Origin: a virus
Lineage: Duplodnaviria; Heunggongvirae; Uroviricota; Caudoviricetes
Length of the DNA: 14,699 nt
Strand: one strand, 5' to 3'
IMG/VR virus record: IMGVR_UViG_2850796239_000003
Location: 1 to 14,699 of that record
How positions within the stretch are numbered: position 1 is the first letter of the stretch; each line of letters begins with the position of its first letter. This document shows, one piece after another, positions 7,775 to 14,699 of the stretch. Both the position numbers and the translations under genes were made by a program. The notes under the pieces were generated by a model. The model did not search any database and was not told the DNA's origin. It saw only the letters and a list, made by a program, of their open reading frames with translations.

Positions 7775-7926
7775 ATGCCAATAAACCATCAAGTCTTCAG
7801 ACTGCAATTAGTGGCGGAACGTCTGGTGCGATTGCCGGTGCAGGTCTTGCCAGCCTTTTGGGAACATCAACACCTTGGGGCGCTGGCATTGGTGCTGGTA
7901 TCGGATTGCTTGGTTCGTTGTTTTAA
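7775..7926 (+). pseudogene. Ejection protein, P22 gp7-like, 3' fragment (about 50 codons)
   Basis: Removing the IS and one TA copy restores one continuous frame: ...AAN ANKPSSLQTAISGGTSGAIAGAGLASLLGTSTPWGAGIGAGIGLLGSLF, stop at 7924-7926. The rebuilt ORF is about 229 codons, the size I recall for P22 gp7. Confidence 0.65.
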
Positions 7927-7935
7927 GGGGTAATC

Positions 7936-9402
7936 ATGGCTACTTGGCAAGGATCAAATGGCGGATTGTTGGCTGGTATCGGCGGCGTCAACTCAAACGC
8001 TCCGAGCGTAAATGACATCGGCAATACGCTTCAGCTTATCAGGCAGAACAATGATATTGAGCGTTCAGGCGCTAACAATGTTGGGCTGACTGCTTTGCAA
8101 GGCCTTTCAGGTATTGCGGGGGTGTTTCAGCAGGAAAAGCAGGCTCAGCGGCAGAAAGAATTTCAGCAGGCATACGCTAATGCTTATGCGTCTGGTGATC
8201 GCGGTGCTTTGCGTCAGTTGGCTACTCAATATCCAGACCAGATTGAATCCGTTCGTAAAGGCATGGGATTCATTGATGAAGATCAGCGTAATTCTATCGG
8301 CACCTTAGCGGCTGGCGCACGCCTTGCGTCATCGTCTCCAGAAGCAATGCAATCATGGCTGCAAAACAACGCCAAGGAACTGACTCGCGTCGGTGTTGAC
8401 CCTAACAGCGTTGCTCAGATGTATCAGCAGAACCCTTCAGGATTTGGTGAGTTTGTTGATCACCTTGGAATGGCTGCTCTTGGTCCGATTGATTACTTCA
8501 ATGTTCAGGACAAGATGGCTGGTCGTGAGATTGACCGAGGCAGACTGGCAGAGACAATCCGCAGCAATCAGGCTGGAGAAGCACTTCAGGCGAGAGGGCA
8601 GGATATTAGCCGAGCAAATGCGTTAACGTCAGCATATGCACCAACAGCCGCAATGCAGAATTACAATCAGTACGCGCAAATGTTAAAGGCGGATCCAGAT
8701 GGTGCAGCGGCATTTGCGGCAGCGGCGGGAATTAATCCCAATGCTAAGAAATTACTTAAGGTTGAAACCAATCCTGATGGCTCGGTAACTAAGTATTACA
8801 CCGATGGCAGCGAGGAAGCCGGAAAACTAAACCAACCTATATCTGGTGATGGCATTAAACCAATTAGCTTGCCACAAGCGCAAAGCATCATAGATAAGGC
8901 TAATGAGGGTTCCAAGAAGGCGGCAGGATTTGCTTTGCGATTAAAAGATTCAATGGACTCAATGAATCAGCTTAGTAAAAGCATTGACCCTAAGCGAGTT
9001 GCATTAATAAATCGCTCTCTTGGTGATGGGACTATTGCAAATTTAAGCCTATCACCAGCGGAGCAGCAATATATGGTAAATGCGAGAGACGCCTTGTATG
9101 CAATTTTGCGCCCAGAAACAGGTGCAGCAATTACTCTGCCAGAGATGCAGGAGTATTCCAAAATGTACCTGCCTCAGCCCGGTGATTCCAAGGCTGCTAC
9201 TGAAACAAAAATGCGAAAAATGCAGGGCCAATATAACTCATTACGTGGTCAGTCTGGTCGCGTTTATGATGCTTTGGTGGTTTCAAGTGCTGCAAATAGT
9301 CAACAACAGAGCAATAGCCAACAACCGGCAAATACCCAACAGCAGCAGAGTCAATCCGGATCATATACCTCAAAATCAGGCATTCAATTTACGGTGGAAT
9401 GA
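7936..9402 (+). CDS. Ejection (internal virion) protein, P22 gp20-like (488 aa), by synteny and size
   Basis: ATG at 7936 preceded by AAGGGG. Gly/Ala/Gln-rich. Q/S-rich low-complexity C-terminal tail. Stop overlaps the next start (ATGA). Confidence 0.7.
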   Translation: MATWQGSNGGLLAGIGGVNSNAPSVNDIGNTLQLIRQNNDIERSGANNVGLTALQGLSGIAGVFQQEKQAQRQKEFQQAYANAYASGDRGALRQLATQYPDQIESVRKGMGFIDEDQRNSIGTLAAGARLASSSPEAMQSWLQNNAKELTRVGVDPNSVAQMYQQNPSGFGEFVDHLGMAALGPIDYFNVQDKMAGREIDRGRLAETIRSNQAGEALQARGQDISRANALTSAYAPTAAMQNYNQYAQMLKADPDGAAAFAAAAGINPNAKKLLKVETNPDGSVTKYYTDGSEEAGKLNQPISGDGIKPISLPQAQSIIDKANEGSKKAAGFALRLKDSMDSMNQLSKSIDPKRVALINRSLGDGTIANLSLSPAEQQYMVNARDALYAILRPETGAAITLPEMQEYSKMYLPQPGDSKAATETKMRKMQGQYNSLRGQSGRVYDALVVSSAANSQQQSNSQQPANTQQQQSQSGSYTSKSGIQFTVE

Positions 9403-11246
9403 TGAAAGTAACTGCAAACGGTAAGACATTTACCTTCCCTGATGGTACGAGCATGGAAGATATTGGCACCGCCATTGATGAGTATTTTGCTGGTCAGGCT
9501 GTTCAGCAACAAACAGTTAATCAGGCCAATAATGAACCAGCACGTGAAGAACCATCATTGATGCAACAAGCTGGCGATTGGCTCACAGGCGGGCAAAGTG
9601 CAGGGCAAATTGCAGAGCAGGCTGGTCGTGGTCTGGTAAACATACCATTTGACGTATTGCAGGGCGGCGCAAGTCTGATTAATGCAATCAGTCAGGGGCT
9701 TGGTGGACCCAAGGTTTTGGATGATGTTTATCGTCCAGTAGACAGACCGACAGACACCTACGCGCAAGCCGGTGAAACAATTGGTGGGTATTTAGTTCCA
9801 GGAGTTGGAACGGCAGGAAGCATGGCTATTGGATCACTGGCAGAGGCCGCAAATCAGAAAGGCGATTTCGCACAAAATGCAGCTAAAAATGCCGGAGTTA
9901 ACCTTGCCGCTCAGGGTGTTCTTTCCGCAGCAGCAAAGGGAATAGGGCGTGGAATAACGGCTATAAAAGGTGATATTGCGCCAGAAGTGGCGAAGAAAAT
10001 TGCCACATCAGAATCGATGGGCGTGACACCAATGACATCTGATGTTATCCCGCCGAAAAATGCTTTCACTCGCGGCCTTACTCAGGATGCCGAGGGGGCT
10101 TTGCTCGGGACAGGCTCAAAGCGAGCGGAGCAATATGCAACGCGTAGTAAGCTGGTAAGTAATTATTTTGACCGTTTTGGTGAGTACAACCCTGATGATG
10201 TGGTGAAATCTCTGACCACCACGTTAAGGGGGCGGAAGGATGCCGCTGGCGCTGTTATCAATGACGTCACCAATAAAATGGGTAATGCCGCAGTTGATAC
10301 CACAAATACCATGAATGCTCTGAATACAGCGATCGCAAGACAGGAACGGCTTGGGACGTCTGCCAATCAAAGCCTGCTTACATCCTTGCGTAACCTACGT
10401 GAAGAATTAGCAAACCCTGCAACTGATTTGGATGTTACGTTTGATCTCTTGCGTCAGCACAGAACAGCATTTAGATCTAATGTTCAGGGAGATGCTATGG
10501 TCTTCCCCAACCAGGCAAAAGCAGCTACCAATATGGTAGAGAATGCAATGTCAAAAGACCTTCGTAACGCAGTTGCTAAAAACCTCGGTGCATCAGACGC
10601 AGCAAAATACCTTAAAGCAAATTCCGATTATGCAAACGTTTATAATAAGGTGCTTAATAAAAACATTGCTAACAAGCTCAACAAGGCAAGCAGTGAAGCC
10701 AGTCCTGAACTTATAAATACCGTTGTATTAAGCAGAAAACCATCTGACGTGAAACGAATCTGGAGCGCACTGGATGATAAGGGGAAAGATGCTATGCGTG
10801 CAGCTTACGTCAGCAAAATAGCGGAAAAGGCCGGGGACTCTCCAGCCAAGTTCATCACTGAAGTTAATAAGCTGAAATCTCAGTCAGGCGGTGAAATTTA
10901 CAACACTATTTTTTCTGGAAAGCACATGAAAGAGCTTGATGCTCTTCATGAAGTTCTACAGCAAACAGCAAGGTCAGACACCGCAAATGTAGTAACTCAG
11001 ACGGGGCAATCGCAAGCCAACAGGATAAGGACGATTGGCGCAACTGCGACCCTTGGCGTATCAATGGGGCTTGAGGCTGGTTTTGGTGCAATGATGCGCT
11101 TGTATGAGTCCAAAGCAGCAAGGAATGCTCTCTTACGTCTGGCAAACACTAAAACTGGAACGCCAGCTTATGAAAGAGCGCTAAATAATGCTGCAAATGC
11201 GATACGCCCTATACTTTCAAGCCAAATTACAGCAGAACAGCAATAA
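9399..11246 (+). CDS. Ejection (internal virion) protein, P22 gp16-like (615 aa), by synteny and size
   Basis: Last gene of the plus-strand late block. The length is close to the ~609 aa I recall for P22 gp16. N-terminus [16 protein letters not shown]. Confidence 0.7.
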   Translation: MMKVTANGKTFTFPDGTSMEDIGTAIDEYFAGQAVQQQTVNQANNEPAREEPSLMQQAGDWLTGGQSAGQIAEQAGRGLVNIPFDVLQGGASLINAISQGLGGPKVLDDVYRPVDRPTDTYAQAGETIGGYLVPGVGTAGSMAIGSLAEAANQKGDFAQNAAKNAGVNLAAQGVLSAAAKGIGRGITAIKGDIAPEVAKKIATSESMGVTPMTSDVIPPKNAFTRGLTQDAEGALLGTGSKRAEQYATRSKLVSNYFDRFGEYNPDDVVKSLTTTLRGRKDAAGAVINDVTNKMGNAAVDTTNTMNALNTAIARQERLGTSANQSLLTSLRNLREELANPATDLDVTFDLLRQHRTAFRSNVQGDAMVFPNQAKAATNMVENAMSKDLRNAVAKNLGASDAAKYLKANSDYANVYNKVLNKNIANKLNKASSEASPELINTVVLSRKPSDVKRIWSALDDKGKDAMRAAYVSKIAEKAGDSPAKFITEVNKLKSQSGGEIYNTIFSGKHMKELDALHEVLQQTARSDTANVVTQTGQSQANRIRTIGATATLGVSMGLEAGFGAMMRLYESKAARNALLRLANTKTGTPAYERALNNAANAIRPILSSQITAEQQ

Positions 11247-11260
11247 AAGATAAGATATAA

Positions 11261-11554
11261 CTACCTGATATTACTGCTACTGTTGCATGTTACCGTGTTT
11301 CCAAATCCTGAATTGCAGTTTGTATATGTGTCAACGCGTGTTGGGTAAGGTTGAGTTATAACAGGCTGGCGCGCTTTTTGCTCGATCGCTTGCATTGTGT
11401 TTACAGCCTGGTAATTCAATAAAGCCTGCTGGAATGCTTGGCTTTGTGCTATTTGTTGGGCTTGTTCTTGGCTTTGTAATTGAACATAAAGATTCTGAAG
11501 CTCAAGTCTTGCCTTCATCGACACCTTGCCCGAGCATCTTTGCAGCAAGGACAT
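11261..11554 (-). CDS. Hypothetical Q-rich protein (97 aa; possibly the frameshifted 3' part of the lipoprotein gene)
   Basis: ORF in a different frame, overlapping the lipoprotein ORF by 53 nt. No good RBS at the first ATG; an internal ATG at 11518 has AAGGTG only 3 nt upstream. Gln-rich helical segment and Cys/Asn-rich C-terminus. Confidence 0.3.
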   Translation of the reverse strand: MSLLQRCSGKVSMKARLELQNLYVQLQSQEQAQQIAQSQAFQQALLNYQAVNTMQAIEQKARQPVITQPYPTRVDTYTNCNSGFGNTVTCNSSSNIR

Positions 11555-11726
11555 ACAGCTTAGGTGTTGGTGCTGATGCCATGCGTGAGTCGTTCTTCAC
11601 ACTGGCATCAAGGCAATTAGCCATATCGCTAAGCTTTTGATAGCGTTGTTCGCAACTTGCTTGATAGTCACTTACTTTTGCGCATCCAACCAGCAGAAGC
11701 GGGATAATTAACAGTGATTTTTTCAT
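11502..11726 (-). CDS. Small lipoprotein (74 aa) at the sieA-equivalent position
   Basis: Signal peptide with lipobox MKKSLLIIPLLLVGC and Cys at +1. AGGAG upstream of the ATG at 11726. Lies between gp16-like and mnt, where P22 carries sieA. Confidence 0.55.
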   Translation of the reverse strand: MKKSLLIIPLLLVGCAKVSDYQASCEQRYQKLSDMANCLDASVKNDSRMASAPTPKLYVLAAKMLGQGVDEGKT

Positions 11727-11796
11727 ATGGTTAACTCTCCTTAGTTTTTCACAGGATATCATGAAGGCAATGCCATTTTAGCCGGAAACTAGATTT

Positions 11797-12063
11797 CTAT
11801 GTTTCCTTTTTATTATTGCTATACATGGTCTTAAGCGTTTCAAAAACCATTTTCTTAACCATATCAGATTGTTGTTCTGCCATACGCTCTGCATCGTCAA
11901 TGTAAACTGATGCAGAGCTTTGTTTATCCAATGATTCCTCAATCGCTGCAATTATCTCTGAGTTCAGCGATCTGTTATTCATCTTCGCACGCTGTTTAAT
12001 TTTCGCGTGGAGTTCATGCGGAAGTATCAAGTGAAACTGCGCCTCGTCGTATTTGCTGTACAT
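11797..12063 (-). CDS. mnt: Mnt-like ribbon-helix-helix repressor (immI region), 88 aa
   Basis: Translation aligns with recalled P22 Mnt (window NNRSLNSEII...DDAERMAEQQSDMVKKMVFETLKTMY versus P22 NGRSMNSELL...NDAERLADEQSELVKKMVFDTLKDLY). Start at ATG 12063 is preferred; the alternative ATG at 12096 would give 99 aa. Confidence 0.8.
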   Translation of the reverse strand: MYSKYDEAQFHLILPHELHAKIKQRAKMNNRSLNSEIIAAIEESLDKQSSASVYIDDAERMAEQQSDMVKKMVFETLKTMYSNNKKET

Positions 12064-12134
12064 CCTTGATGCCTCACCAGTTGGGTGGAATGGCATCGTA
12101 ACCTACTGGATAAATACTCAATAGTACCATTTCG

Positions 12135-12139
12135 GTATG
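12135..12139. repeat. IS2 target-site duplication (GTATG), left copy
   Basis: The same 5-mer occurs at 13471-13475, directly abutting both IS2 termini. Confidence 0.85.
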
Positions 12140-12150
12140 TGGATTTGCCC

Positions 12151-13056
12151 CTATATTTCCAGACATCTGTTATCACTTAACCCATTACAAGCCCGCTGCC
12201 GCAGATATTCCCGTGGCGAGCGATAACCCAGCGCACTATGCGGATGCCATTCGTTATAATGCTCGAACGCCTCTGCAAGGTTCTTTGCTGCCGTTAACCC
12301 GTCTGGTTTGGGCATGATACTGATGTAGTCACGCTTTATCGTTTTCACGAAGCTCTCTGCTATTCCGTTACTCTCCGGACTCCGCACCGCCGTGTTCTTC
12401 GGTTCAAGTCCCAACATCCGGGCGAACTGGCGTGTTTCATTAGCCCGGTAGCATGAACCATTATCCGTCAGCCACTCCACTGGAGACGACGGAAGATCGT
12501 TGCCGAAGCGGCGTTCCACCGCTCCCAGCATGACGTCCTGTACTGTTTCACTGTTGAAGCCGCCGGTAGTCACCGCCCAGTGCAGTGCCTCACGATCACA
12601 GCAGTCCAGCGCGAACGTGACACGCAGTCTCTCTCCGTTATCACAGCAGAACTCGAACCCGTCAGAGCACCATCGCTGATTGCTTTCTTTCACGGCCACT
12701 CTGCCTGTATGTGCCCGTTTCGATGGCGGTACAGCAGGTTTTCGCTCAAGCAACAGCGCATTCTGGCGCATGATCCGGTAAACACGTTTGGCATTGATCG
12801 CAGGCATACCATCAAGTTCTGCCTGTCTGCGAAGCAGCGCCCATACCCGACGATAACCATACGTGGGCAGCTCTCCGATAACATGGTGTATACGGAGAAG
12901 CACATCCGTATCATCAGTGTGACGACTGCGGCGGCCATCCATCCAGTCATCGGTTCGTCTGAGAATGACGTGCAACTGCGCACGCGACACCCGGAGACAA
13001 CGGCTGACTAAGCTTACTCCCCATCCCCGGGCAATAAGGGCGCGTGCGCTATCCAC
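12151..13056 (-). CDS. insD: IS2 transposase OrfB (InsD), 301 aa
   Basis: Translation [28 protein letters not shown]... with an IS3-family DDE integrase core. Overlaps insC in the -1 frame. Confidence 0.9.
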
Positions 13057-13379
13057 TTTTTTGCCCGTCCATATTCAACGGCTTCTTTGAGGAGTTCATT
13101 TTCCATCGTTTTCTTGCCGAGCAGGCGCTGGAGTTCTTTAATCTGCTTCATGGCGGCAGCAAGTTCAGAGGCAGGAACAACCTGTTCTCCGGCGGCCACA
13201 GCAGTAAGACTTCCTTCCTGGTATTGCTTACGCCAGAGAAATAACTGGCTGGCTGCTACACCATGTTGCCGGGCAACGAGGGAGACCGTCATCCCCGGTT
13301 CAAAGCTCTGCTGAACAATTGCGATCTTTTCCTGTGTGGTACGCCGTCTGCGTTTCTCCGGCCCTAAGACATCAATCAT
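13014..13379 (-). CDS. insC: IS2 transposase OrfA (InsC), 121 aa
   Basis: [41 protein letters not shown]..., a helix-turn-helix protein. Start taken at the internal ATG at 13379 rather than the 136-aa ORF-track start. Confidence 0.9.
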
Positions 13380-13470
13380 CTGTACTCCAATGACTAGTCT
13401 AAAAACTAGTATTAAGACTATCACTTATTTAAGTGATACTGGTTGTCTGGAGATTCAGGGGGCCAGTCTA

Positions 13471-13475
13471 GTATG
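13471..13475. repeat. IS2 target-site duplication (GTATG), right copy
   Basis: Identical to 12135-12139. Confidence 0.85.
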
Positions 13476-13520
13476 CAATCACATCATGGTTGCATCATAT
13501 CATTCGTCTGGAGCAATGAA

Positions 13521-14676
13521 ATGTCAGATATCACCGCAAATGTTGTGGTAAGCATGCCTTCGCAACTCTTCACTATGGCTCGTTCTTTTAAAGCGGTTGC
13601 CAATGGCAAAATTTATATCGGTAAAATTGACACGGATCCGGTAAATCCTGAAAACCAGATTCAGGTTTATTTAGAGAACGAAGACGGCTCTTACGTTCCT
13701 GTTTCACAACCAATCATCATTAACGCTGCTGGTTACCCTGTATATAACGGACAGATTGCCAAATTCGTTACCGTGCAAGGCCATTCTATGGCTGTTTATG
13801 ATGCGTACGGTGCGCAGCAGTTTTATTTTCCGAATGTGCTGAAGTACGACCCGGATCAGCTTGAGAAAAGATTGTCGTTAAACACGGGAGCTTCCCTGAT
13901 TGGTACATATTCAGGAGCATCGATTCAGTCGGAGATTGACTGTATTAATGAAAGCATTGAAATTATCAATAATGACGAACTTCCAAATCTATCGCTAGGG
14001 GTGGCATCATCTATAAAAACATCGGTCCAAATAATTGATGAAATTAAAGATCCATCTATTTCTTATGATGCATTTGGTAACTCCGTGTTCTACAATGGCC
14101 GCAATTTATTTTGCTTCAGGAGATCACCTGAGCATGTTGATACTTATACAGGCATGCACAGTGTGTGCATAGCAGAAATACTCAACAATGGAGCTTGTAA
14201 AATAATATGGGAATATACTGATAATACTGGCAATGCACCTAAAGATCCTACATTATCAGTCAGTAACCCAGGTAATACACTAATTATTTCTTTTCAGATT
14301 CATAATGTTTCATCTGATACATATACTTCTGGTATTATTGGATATCCTGATTTGTCAAATACTGGTAAGTTTTTATCAAGTTCTGAACTTACCACGGATC
14401 ATAACGTTTTTTTATGGGGTAATGTACTGCAAACTCCATCTGGAAATTTTATAACATCCAGATATAAAATTGATGGCACTGGTGTAGAGATAATTTCTTC
14501 ATCTGATACAAATTTAAACGAAAATACAACATGGTCTATAGTTAGTACACTTTCTGTTGGTTCGTTCCAGACAAGAACATCAGTTAATGAATGCAGTCTT
14601 TCATATTATAGAAATCAACTAGTTGCAATAGTCAGAACTCAGTCAGGCTCTTCTTTGGGTGGTTTTGGATATGCTA
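13521..14676 (+). pseudogene. Tailspike: P22 gp9-type head-binding N-terminal domain fused to a divergent AT-rich receptor-binding domain, 3'-truncated by IS copy 3
   Basis: ATG at 13521 with GGAG 7 nt upstream. The first ~110 residues ([50 protein letters not shown]...[12 protein letters not shown]...NVLKYDPDQ) match the recalled P22 tailspike head-binding domain; the rest is unrelated and visibly AT-rich. The frame runs into the IS at 14677, leaving about 385 codons. Confidence 0.85.
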
Positions 14677-14699
14677 GGCTGTGTCCCTTAATCATCTGA
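14677..14699 (+). mobile_element. IS5-family IS (same element), copy 3, left end only (cut by the window edge)
   Basis: GGCTGTGTCCCTTAATCATCTGA is identical to the first 23 nt of copy 2 and is preceded by TA at 14675-14676. Confidence 0.8.

Larger units (their letters stand above)
12140..13470 (-). mobile_element. IS2 (IS3 family), complete 1331-bp copy
   Basis: Termini TGGATTTGCCCCTATATTTCCAGACATCTGTTATCACTTAACCC and ...CTGGAGATTCAGGGGGCCAGTCTA match IS2 ends as I recall them. Contains insC and insD. 5-bp direct duplication GTATG. Confidence 0.93.

Noticed and set aside
2536-11145. Numerous 60-125 aa ORFs embedded in or antisense to the structural genes (for example 2536-2823, 2708-2956, 3686-3901, 5456-5803, 5804-6181, 8114-8308, 8393-8626, 9080-9424, 9555-9767, 10163-10366, 10906-11145)
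   Set aside because: All lie inside long ORFs with clear phage homology or synteny. No RBS support. Expected by chance in six-frame translation.
11395-11640. 81-aa plus-strand ORF across the lipoprotein locus
   Set aside because: Antisense to the lipoprotein ORF, which has a clear lipobox. No RBS.
12580-13551. ORFs antisense to IS2 genes (12580-13011, 12690-12983, 13044-13244, 13087-13314) and the 71-aa ORF at 13336-13551 spanning the IS2 terminus
   Set aside because: Inside a well-known IS with established gene content. The last one crosses the IS boundary into the tailspike leader and cannot be a native gene.
1-14699. CRISPR arrays, rRNA genes or tandem repeat arrays
   Set aside because: No regularly spaced direct repeats or rRNA-like sequence seen. 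The only long repeats are the IS copies.

Overview
This window is a heavily IS-decayed late-gene (virion) block of a P22/Sf6-like podovirus prophage in an enterobacterial genome (Escherichia/Shigella-like; genus is inference). Plus-strand gene order follows the P22 late operon: coat (5' end missing), small ORF, gp4-like, gp10-like, tail needle gp26-like with a C-terminal knob, gp14-like, gp7-like (split), gp20-like, gp16-like, then a minus-strand lipoprotein locus and an Mnt-like repressor, and finally a tailspike with a P22-type head-binding N-terminus. Four insertion sequences sit in 14.7 kb: three copies of one 916-bp two-ORF IS5-family element (969-1884 inverted, 6857-7772, and 14677 to the window end) interrupt the coat, gp7-like and tailspike genes, and an intact IS2 (12140-13470, 5-bp duplication GTATG) lies between mnt and the tailspike. 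The left 968 bp is a different context: three small minus-strand genes (an AlpA/TorI-type excisionase-like regulator, a small membrane-protein ORF and a standalone zinc-ribbon protein), two of them followed by intrinsic terminators. I found no CRISPR array or complete RNA gene and no clearly novel multi-gene system. The best candidates for undescribed biology are the small-gene module at 346-842, the lipoprotein locus at the sieA-equivalent position (11261-11726) and the divergent AT-rich tailspike receptor domain. All protein assignments rest on recalled family sequences and synteny, not on database searches.
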